In this document: in pieces, positions 57,406 to 64,000 of the stretch | Position numbering within the stretch: the stretch's first letter is position 1 | Layout of the letters: each line of letters starts with the position of its first letter | Source of the DNA: Vulcanimicrobiota bacterium | GTDB taxonomy: Bacteria > Vulcanimicrobiota > Vulcanimicrobiia > Vulcanimicrobiales > Vulcanimicrobiaceae | NCBI GenBank assembly: GCA_963787705.1 | Contig: CAWBEA010000002.1 | Span: 67,661-131,660, forward strand | DNA: 64,000 nt | Reading direction: 5' to 3' | The notes under the pieces: model-generated | What the model was told of the DNA's origin: nothing | The model's input: only the letters and a program-made list of their open reading frames with translations | Database searches by the model: none | Made by a program: the position numbers and the translations under genes

Positions 57406-57825
57406 TTAGAAGGTCACGCTGTACGTGTTGTTACCTGGATTGCAGTCTTCGTTTCCGGGCGGTGACGGCGAGGTCATCCGCAGGCTAAAGTGCATCGTCG
57501 TCGTGCCGGTGCCCGCGTCGCTTGCGCGCTGCCAATCGTAGGAGAAGGTATACGATTGTCCCGGTGCCAGCGGTGGCACGCCGCGATCTTCCAAGCGGGT
57601 TCCGTTTTGATAGATGTCGACGAACTGCAAGACGTTCGATGCCTGCTTCGCAGATCCGAGATTTGTGACCTTGCCGGCCAGCGTATAGTGGTTGACGGAA
57701 GCGTTGGCGGCGACGTTTTGCACTTTTACCGACACGATTGCCGGGTCGGCGCCGGCGCAGCTTGCCGCGACGGCATTGGCGGAAACCTGGGCGAGAAGGA
57801 TGGCGGTTAGCATGACTGTGCGCAT
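57406..57825 (-). CDS. secreted protein, CARDB-like beta-sandwich
   Basis: Signal MRTVMLTAILLAQVSANAVA, followed by a ...KVTNLGSAKQASNV...LAPGQSYTFSYDW pattern. Confidence 0.45.
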   Translation of the reverse strand: MRTVMLTAILLAQVSANAVAASCAGADPAIVSVKVQNVAANASVNHYTLAGKVTNLGSAKQASNVLQFVDIYQNGTRLEDRGVPPLAPGQSYTFSYDWQRASDAGTGTTTMHFSLRMTSPSPPGNEDCNPGNNTYSVTF

Positions 57826-57935
57826 ACTATGAAGCCTACCCGCCGGCGCGCGGGCGAAACAATCCCCCGCGGATGCACTTCTGGTTTGTCGACGCCGTTA
57901 TAGGGCATGTCAATTTTGGGTACGAAGGAACCGCG

Positions 57936-58202
57936 ATGAGGGTCGGGATCATCGGCGCTGGAAATATTGGGGGGACGCTCACCCGCAGGCCCGTTGCCGG
58001 CGAGGACGCCGCGACCAAAGCGGTGGTGATGCGGCTAGTCGACGAACTTGGCTTCGATCCCGTCGACGCGGGCCGTCTCGACGAATCGTGGCGCCAGCAA
58101 CCGGGGACGCCCGTCTACGGGGCGGATTTTGACGCGCCGGGTGTGCGGAAAGCGCTCTCCGAGGCGAGCAAGGAACGCACGCCGGAATGGAGCGCGTCGT
58201 AG
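57936..58202 (+). pseudogene. COG2085-type NAD(P)-binding oxidoreductase with large in-frame internal deletion
   Basis: The N-terminal Rossmann start MRVGIIGAGNIGGTLTRR is fused directly to the family's C-terminal tail PVAGEDAATKAVVMRLVDELGFDPVDAGRLDESWRQQPGTPVYG. It totals 88 aa, against about 200 aa expected. Confidence 0.55.
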
Positions 58203-59017
58203 CACCTTCGACTTCCGCCTACGAACGTTTTCGTGCACTGCACGAACGCCAAACGGCGTTCGTCATGCCTAATGCATGGGATGGCGCGTCGGCGGTACTG
58301 CTGGCGCGTGTGGGATTCGAGGCGCTTGGCAGCACCTCGCTCGGCCTTGCGTTTTCCCTCGGCCGTCAAGACGGATGCCGCGCGGTCACGCGCGATGAAG
58401 CCGTTGCGCATGCGGCGCTATTGACGCACGTGAGTGGTCTACCGGTCAATGGCGATCTCGAAGATGGATTCGGCGCGGATCCGGAGGATTGCGCCGCGAC
58501 GGTTCGCGCCGCCATTGAGTCGGGTCTCGCCGGGGTTGGCATTGAAGACACGACGGCCGACGACGCGCGTCCGATTCACGATTTCGACCTTGCAGTCGCG
58601 CGCGTTCGCGCTGCCGCGCGAGCTGCGAACGGCCGCATCGTCTTGACCGGCCGAACGGACAACTATCTTCATGGACGGACCGATTTAGACGATACCATTG
58701 CGCGCCTGGCCGCCTTCGCTGAAGTGGGTGCCGACGTGCTGTACGCGCCCTGCTTGCCGGACATGGATGCCATTCGCGCCGTCGTCGCGGCGGTGGCGCC
58801 CAAGCCTGTCAACGTGCTCATCGGCCCGAGCAAACCGGTACCGCTGGCCGAGTTGAGCGCCGCCGGGGTGCGCCGCGTTAGCGTCGGCGGTGCGCTCTAC
58901 CGAAGCGCGATGACCTCCGTCGTCGAAACGGCTCGCGCGCTGCGCGACGGAGACCTTTGCCTCTTTAGCGGTGCGATCTCGGGCAGCGAGATTGCGGGAC
59001 TGCTGCCCGAGGCGTAA
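58187..59017 (+). CDS. isocitrate lyase / PEP mutase family enzyme
   Basis: FVMPNAWDGASA...GSTS...LPVNGDLEDGFG ... GVGIEDT. Confidence 0.8.
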   Translation: MERVVAPSTSAYERFRALHERQTAFVMPNAWDGASAVLLARVGFEALGSTSLGLAFSLGRQDGCRAVTRDEAVAHAALLTHVSGLPVNGDLEDGFGADPEDCAATVRAAIESGLAGVGIEDTTADDARPIHDFDLAVARVRAAARAANGRIVLTGRTDNYLHGRTDLDDTIARLAAFAEVGADVLYAPCLPDMDAIRAVVAAVAPKPVNVLIGPSKPVPLAELSAAGVRRVSVGGALYRSAMTSVVETARALRDGDLCLFSGAISGSEIAGLLPEA

Positions 59018-59064
59018 ACGCTGTTCGGTTCGGAAGCCCCGCAAACGGGGTATGAGCCGGTCCA

Positions 59065-60330
59065 ATGCTCAGCAAAATCCGTACGTTCTTCTCAATTCTC
59101 GGGCCCGGCCTCATTACTGGTGCCGCGGACGACGATCCGTCGGGAATCTCGACCTATTCCGTAGCCGGTGCGACGACGGGATATTCCATGCTTTGGCTCA
59201 CGCTGGTCTCGACGCCGATGATGGCCGTCATTCAAGGGATGTGCGCTCGCATTTCGATGGTGAGAGGTGAGGGAATCGCCGCGCTGATGCGCAAGCAGCT
59301 GCCGCTTGGGCTCGCGTATCCGTTGGCGTGTCTGGTGATCGTCGCCAACACGTTCAACTTGGGCGCGGATATCGGCGGCATGGCGGCGGCCACGCGGCTC
59401 GTCGTTCCGGTCCCCGTCGACGCGCTCGTCTTTTTCTTCGGTATCGCGATGCTCGTGGGCCAGGCCTGGCTGCCCTATGCCACGATCGCGCGAGTCTTCA
59501 AATGGTTGACGCTCTCGCTCTTTGCTTACGTGGTGACGGCCTTCATCGTGCACCCGCCGTGGCTGCGCGTGCTGGAACAATTCTCGGTCCCAAGACTGCA
59601 TTTCAACGGGCTCTGGCTTTCCACGATGGTGGGCGTGCTCGGAACGACGATCACTCCGTACTTGTTCTACTGGCAGTCGTCACAGATGGTCGAAGTGGAC
59701 AAGGACGCCGGCAAGAGCAGTGTCGCCGCGCGCCGGGGAACCGATGACGGTTCGGTGCGGAACATGCACGCCGATGTCAACGCCGGTATGATTTTTTCCA
59801 ACATCGTCGCGTTCTTCATCATCGTCACGACGGCCTCGACGCTTGGCGCTGCGGGACGGCACGATATCGCTACCGCCCAACAGGCCGCGGAGGCGCTGCG
59901 CCCTTTGGCGGGTCGATTTGCCGAGCTGCTGTTTGCACTGGGAATGGTGGGAACGGGATTCCTGGCGGTGCCGGTGCTCGCAACGTCGTCGGCCTACGTC
60001 GCAGCGCAGACCTTTCGCTTCCGGGAGGGTTTGAGCGAGCCGGTGCACCGCGCACCGCGCTTCTACATGATTATTGCGGCGGGAATGTTGATCGGCATTG
60101 CAATGAATCTGTTGCGAGTCGACGCAATCAAGGCCTTGTTTTGGTCGGCCATTCTTAACGGCGTCGCCGCCGTGCCGCTCATTGCCGTCATCGTTTGGCT
60201 CGCTTCGGATCGAAAAGTCATGGGCGATTGGGTGAGCTCGGGGCTTGCCCGGGCTTGGGGATGGGCGACGTTTGCGCTGATGGGCGGCGCGACGGCCGGC
60301 ATGTTTTACTTCATGGCCCGCGGTTCCTGA
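59065..60330 (+). CDS. mntH: NRAMP family divalent metal transporter
   Basis: LGPGLITGAADDDPSGISTYS, about 11 TM segments, 421 aa. Confidence 0.8.
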   Translation: MLSKIRTFFSILGPGLITGAADDDPSGISTYSVAGATTGYSMLWLTLVSTPMMAVIQGMCARISMVRGEGIAALMRKQLPLGLAYPLACLVIVANTFNLGADIGGMAAATRLVVPVPVDALVFFFGIAMLVGQAWLPYATIARVFKWLTLSLFAYVVTAFIVHPPWLRVLEQFSVPRLHFNGLWLSTMVGVLGTTITPYLFYWQSSQMVEVDKDAGKSSVAARRGTDDGSVRNMHADVNAGMIFSNIVAFFIIVTTASTLGAAGRHDIATAQQAAEALRPLAGRFAELLFALGMVGTGFLAVPVLATSSAYVAAQTFRFREGLSEPVHRAPRFYMIIAAGMLIGIAMNLLRVDAIKALFWSAILNGVAAVPLIAVIVWLASDRKVMGDWVSSGLARAWGWATFALMGGATAGMFYFMARGS

Positions 60331-60368
60331 AAGGAAAGCCGGTTCGCGCCGTCTGACTCATCCGGGTC

Positions 60369-61847
60369 GTGCACCCACTCTTTACCGGAACCTCGTCGCT
60401 GCGAGAGCCGTCCGAGCGGCTCGCCTTCTGGCTAACCGCGTTCTGCGCGTTTCCCGCGGCGCTATTGATCGGCTACGTGCTTCACGAGTCGATCGGCGCC
60501 TCGCAAGTCGCACTTTTCATCGTCATTGCGATGGTCTACGTGACCCTCGCGCGCGGACGCCTTCTCGGTACGAGCGTTCGTATCCATCAGACGCAATATC
60601 CGCGCGTCTTTTCGATCGCTCAAAACGCTGCTGCGGCACTCGAGATTCCGACGCCGCTGATCTTCGTACGCGAGGACAACTTCGTTCCCGCCGTTGCTCT
60701 TGGGCTGGGCCAGCCCTATGCGCTCGTGCTTTCGAGCCACTGGGTCGAGCTGTTCTCTGACGACGAGCTGGCATTCGTGATCGGTCGAGAGCTCGGGCAT
60801 ATTGCGGCCGGTCACACGCGATTCCACTCGCTGTTGAGCGTGAACGGCAACGAAAACCCGCTGATTTCGCTGATCTTCGGCGCTTGGCTGCGCCGCTGTG
60901 CACTCACGTGCGACAAAGTCGGACTGCTCTGTTGCGGCTCGCTCGACGCAGCCGTTCGGGCACTGGGAGTGACGACGTTTCACGCGTTCGGCCGTCAGGT
61001 CGACTATGAGGCATTTGCCGAACAGCACGCGGAAATCGCAAGCGACTCCGTGCTGCGCTGGGGGGAGTGGTTGAGCAGCGAGCCGTATGCGACGCGGCGA
61101 ATCGCTTCGATGCGCCGGTTCATCACTTCGGCGTCGTTTCTGGACGCGCAGGCCTGGTTCGTTCGCGAGCGCGGCGAAGCCCCGCCGGCGCTCGTCCTCC
61201 CGGGCGAAGCGACGGTCGCTCCGCGAGACTGCGCCGGTTGGTGGCGACGCTTCGCTGCCGCCGGCATCGATGCGGTCGTGGTTACCGCGATTATCACGTC
61301 GTTCGGGGGCAGCGTCGCTCCGGGCCCCCGCCAATCCGAAACAAATATATCCGTCACACCGGGCGACGTGAGTGCCTCGGTTCCGGGGCTGGGCGCCGTT
61401 ACGATCCGTGGCAAAACGCACGGGGTCACGGCGGCGTCTCCATCTCCTGCGCCGAGCCGGAATTGGCGTTGGGAAAATCCGGCAGAAACTGCTCTGGGCG
61501 GAGGCAACTTCAACCGGGCCATCGACGGGATCGTTACCATTGTGGCGGAGGCAATTCGCCATCTTGGGTTCTTTTTCTGGTTCCCCGTCTATCTAACGCT
61601 GCTCGTAGTCTTAGCGGGCCAGACCTTTGGGATGATGATTGCCGGCCTACGCGTCGTTACGACCGACTTTCGGACGCCCAGCGTCGGGCGCACGATTTGG
61701 CGCTACGTCATCGTCTTCTTGGTTTGGTGGCTCATCGTCGCGCTGAGCTTCTTCTGGCGCCGGATTCTGCTGCACGATCGGCTGACGAAGACGCGCGTCG
61801 TGAAGGTCGAGCGCGTCATCGCCCGGGCCACTACGGTTCCGACGTAA
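60369..61847 (+). CDS. M48-like peptidase domain (degenerate zinc motif) fused to an RDD-family membrane domain
   Basis: The M48 layout is present, with FVIGRELGHIAAGH in place of HExxH. The C-terminal part has WWRRFAAAGIDAVVV ... GQTFGMMIAGLRVV, typical of RDD domains. Confidence 0.6.
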   Translation: MHPLFTGTSSLREPSERLAFWLTAFCAFPAALLIGYVLHESIGASQVALFIVIAMVYVTLARGRLLGTSVRIHQTQYPRVFSIAQNAAAALEIPTPLIFVREDNFVPAVALGLGQPYALVLSSHWVELFSDDELAFVIGRELGHIAAGHTRFHSLLSVNGNENPLISLIFGAWLRRCALTCDKVGLLCCGSLDAAVRALGVTTFHAFGRQVDYEAFAEQHAEIASDSVLRWGEWLSSEPYATRRIASMRRFITSASFLDAQAWFVRERGEAPPALVLPGEATVAPRDCAGWWRRFAAAGIDAVVVTAIITSFGGSVAPGPRQSETNISVTPGDVSASVPGLGAVTIRGKTHGVTAASPSPAPSRNWRWENPAETALGGGNFNRAIDGIVTIVAEAIRHLGFFFWFPVYLTLLVVLAGQTFGMMIAGLRVVTTDFRTPSVGRTIWRYVIVFLVWWLIVALSFFWRRILLHDRLTKTRVVKVERVIARATTVPT

Positions 61848-62781
61848 CGGTCAGGCGCACCGCCGCCTTGCCGGAAACGACGTGTCCGACCGATGCACTC
61901 GCACTTACCGAGTCGATCTGCAGCCGGCCGACGTTTTCGTTAACGTGCAGTACCGCGTGCGTCGTCGGATCGACGAGCGACTTCACCTTGACGATATCGA
62001 ACGTCTGACCCACTTGGACGCCGGCGCCGGAGCCGATGTTGATAATGACGTTGGTTCCGTCGATGGCGGCGATCTGCCCAGTAAGGGCTGGTGCGACGGG
62101 GCCCGAGTTAAATCGGCTGGGATCGATGGCGGTGGCGATCTTCGCGGCCTCATCGTCAATGAGATGGCCCATGTCGCTGTTGACGAACTGCTCGTTGCTA
62201 TACGAACCCGCCGCGTAACCCGAGAATCCGCCCGCGTTCCACGACGTTCCCGAGCGCGTCTCTTCATCGGCGAAGCTCTGGACGATCTGACCGGTCTTCG
62301 CGTCGATCACTCGCACCGCGACTTTGATCGTCACGCGATGGGTCGAAACGCCGCCGGCAGCCGCGCCAAAAACGCCGGGCAGTAGGCTCCCCGCATTCGC
62401 GCCGCTTTGGCCGGTTTGATCGAGCTGGAGGATATTGCCCGTTATCAGATACCGCGCGCCGACGAGGTGCCCGGCCTTGATTGCCGTCTGCGGATCGACT
62501 TCGCCGCTTGCGGCGAGCTGGTGCTCGTCCAGAGCCGAGCTGAGATGCGAGCGCTCGAGCACGTTGAAGCGTCCGTCGTTGACCATTCGGTCGGTGAGGA
62601 GGTCGCTCAGCGCCACGCCCGGCTCGAAGGAGCCGTACCAATCCGATGTGAGGCCGTGCGTCGAGAAATCCAGGACGGCGATCGAGGGCCGCGTCCCCCC
62701 GGCGGCAGCCTGCGCAGATCCACAGACGGGAGCGCATGCCAAGGCGGCGGCAATAAAAAGGGATAGCAAATATTTGCTCAC
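61831..62781 (-). CDS. CsgG/HfaB-family lipoprotein with extra C-terminal beta domain
   Basis: IAVLDFSTHG..., GRFNVLERSHLSSALDEHQLAASG, GARYLITGNI. The GTG 62781 start gives MSKYLLSLFIAAALAC. ATG 62799 is an alternative start. Confidence 0.6.
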   Translation of the reverse strand: MSKYLLSLFIAAALACAPVCGSAQAAAGGTRPSIAVLDFSTHGLTSDWYGSFEPGVALSDLLTDRMVNDGRFNVLERSHLSSALDEHQLAASGEVDPQTAIKAGHLVGARYLITGNILQLDQTGQSGANAGSLLPGVFGAAAGGVSTHRVTIKVAVRVIDAKTGQIVQSFADEETRSGTSWNAGGFSGYAAGSYSNEQFVNSDMGHLIDDEAAKIATAIDPSRFNSGPVAPALTGQIAAIDGTNVIINIGSGAGVQVGQTFDIVKVKSLVDPTTHAVLHVNENVGRLQIDSVSASASVGHVVSGKAAVRLTVTSEP

Positions 62782-62786
62782 CAGCC

Positions 62787-62792
62787 TATTAT
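62787..62792 (+). promoter_or_regulatory. -10 box TATTAT placed for a leaderless yedK transcript; CATAAT on the opposite strand serves the CsgG-like gene
   Basis: TATTAT ends 7 nt before ATG 62800. The reverse strand reads CATAAT, 6 nt before GTG 62781. Confidence 0.4.
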
Positions 62793-62799
62793 GCCACAT

Positions 62800-63411
62800 A
62801 TGTGCGGCAGATTCACGCTCACCAAACCTCAGGCGCTTCCCGCCGCGTTTCCGCAGTTCCGCTATCCAGAGTTCAGCGAGACGCGGCTTCCACGGTTTAA
62901 CATCGCGCCGACGCAGGCCGTCCTCGGGGTCCGCAACGACGGGCGCGACACGGTCGAGGAGATGCACTGGGGGGTGCGCGGTCGCATCAACATTCGCGCC
63001 GAATCGATTGCAGCCCGGCGCGGCGGGCTTACGCGACGCTGCATCGAGTTTGCCGACGGCTTCTACGAGTGGCGCGACGGGCGCCCCTTTTACTATACGC
63101 TGCACTCCGGAGAGCCGTTCGCCTTCGCCGGTCTTTGGGAGCCCGGCAACGGTCTGGCGGGGTGCGACGTGGTGACCTGTCGTCCCAACTCGCTCGTCGC
63201 CCCGGTGCACGATCGCATGCCCGTCATTCTTTCGGGGGATGGCCTTGCGCTCTGGCTCGACCCCGAGCCGCTACCCCCAGGTGCGGCCGGCGCGCTGCTG
63301 CGCCCGTTCGACGCCGCGCTGATGGCGGTGCGCGAAGTGTCGAGGCGGGTCAATAACGCGAGCTACGATGCCGCCGACGTGCTCGTGGCTCCCGACCCGC
63401 GTTTGTTTTGA
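62800..63411 (+). CDS. yedK: SRAP (SOS response-associated peptidase, abasic-site processing) protein
   Basis: MCGRFTL follows ATG 62800. The catalytic Cys2 must immediately follow the initiator Met, so ATG 62791 is rejected. FAFAGLWE and PVHDRMPVIL are present. Confidence 0.85.
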   Translation: MCGRFTLTKPQALPAAFPQFRYPEFSETRLPRFNIAPTQAVLGVRNDGRDTVEEMHWGVRGRINIRAESIAARRGGLTRRCIEFADGFYEWRDGRPFYYTLHSGEPFAFAGLWEPGNGLAGCDVVTCRPNSLVAPVHDRMPVILSGDGLALWLDPEPLPPGAAGALLRPFDAALMAVREVSRRVNNASYDAADVLVAPDPRLF

Positions 63412-63998
63412 ATGAGCACGATGCCGGTCGCAATCAGCCAGGCCGCGGCGGGGAGTGCTCCGACGATGCCGGGCCCGGCGCCGCCGGGCGCCATGTCGCC
63501 CGACGAAAAAAAGATCGAGAAGGTCGCCAGCGTCGCTCCGAACGACGCGAAATATCCAAGCATAGCGAGCCACTGCGGCGCGGATTCGTGACGTCGCATG
63601 CTGTGCGCCGCGGCAAAGAGGAAGATCGCAACCGGAGCGTAGCCGAGACCACCTTGTACAAAGACGAAGGCATCGAAAATTCCGGACAGGCCGTTCGCCG
63701 CAAACGTGTCCGGCGGAAAATAGGCTGCCGCAGTCTGCAAGCACGCCGCCCACAATGAGCTGGCCGCCATCACGACGCCGGCAAGCAGCGCAAAGGTAGG
63801 AAGCCCCTCTTGACGCCCCGGCGCAGCCGTCAAATAACTGCGCAATCCGACCAAAAACCAGAGGAGGAAGGCGACGGCCGGAAAGGTGAGCCACGCACCC
63901 CACAGCAATGCGAACCGGTGCTGATCCAACGCCAGCGCCGCATCGGAAGGCTTCGCGTCCATCCCCGGCATGCCGCCGTTGAGGAATGTCGCAATCAC
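63363..63998 (-). CDS. hypothetical polytopic membrane protein (5' end may lie beyond the window)
   Basis: About 6 hydrophobic segments. The ORF is open to within 2 nt of the window end. Confidence 0.45.
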   Translation of the reverse strand: MIATFLNGGMPGMDAKPSDAALALDQHRFALLWGAWLTFPAVAFLLWFLVGLRSYLTAAPGRQEGLPTFALLAGVVMAASSLWAACLQTAAAYFPPDTFAANGLSGIFDAFVFVQGGLGYAPVAIFLFAAAHSMRRHESAPQWLAMLGYFASFGATLATFSIFFSSGDMAPGGAGPGIVGALPAAAWLIATGIVLIQNKRGSGATSTSAAS

Positions 63999-64000
63999 GA

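Noticed and set aside
62791-62799. ATG 62791 (the ORF-track start) for the SRAP gene
   Set aside because: SRAP proteins use the Cys directly after the initiator Met as nucleophile. MCGRF begins at ATG 62800, so the three extra codons (MPH) are unlikely to be translated.

Overview
High-GC bacterial chromosomal segment. Hand counts of single 60-nt lines give about 70-75% GC in the core operons. I call about 60 protein genes. The lineage is probably diderm, because the window has a TonB-dependent receptor, a CsgG-like lipoprotein and many lipobox signal peptides. I recognised no rRNA, tRNA, CRISPR array, transposase or integrase.

The housekeeping backbone is:
- pyruvate dehydrogenase E1/E2 (aceE-aceF)
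- aconitase
- thiC behind a TPP riboswitch
- polyphosphate kinase 1
- RNase D
- an Opu-type osmoprotectant ABC transporter
- egtD
- a BolA / monothiol glutaredoxin / sulfurtransferase cluster
- hydantoinase hyuA/hyuB
- an NRAMP transporter and a sugar-porter MFS transporter
- SRAP/YedK

The most unusual region is 13.0-18.6 kb. It is a tightly translationally coupled minus-strand operon. Four beta-propeller-like lipoprotein paralogs and one ALK-type glycine-rich lipoprotein are encoded there, together with a cytoplasmic EVE-domain protein. Four of the lipoproteins share a leader/tether, C-GGSQPPIGAPGAMPQ, that is conserved at the nucleotide level. The downstream half of the operon (13.0-16.1 kb) is a low-GC island. 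One copy is frameshifted. A decayed sixth copy lies at 33.1-33.6 kb.

Other notable points:
- Several single-site gene disruptions: hyuB, a HAD phosphatase start, and an internally deleted COG2085 gene.
- An M48-like/RDD fusion with a degenerate zinc motif.
- Divergent gene pairs whose start codons nearly touch.
- A structured repeat-rich gap after ppk.
- A long AT-rich inverted repeat between convergent genes.

Every functional call rests on motif recognition by eye. No database search was run.
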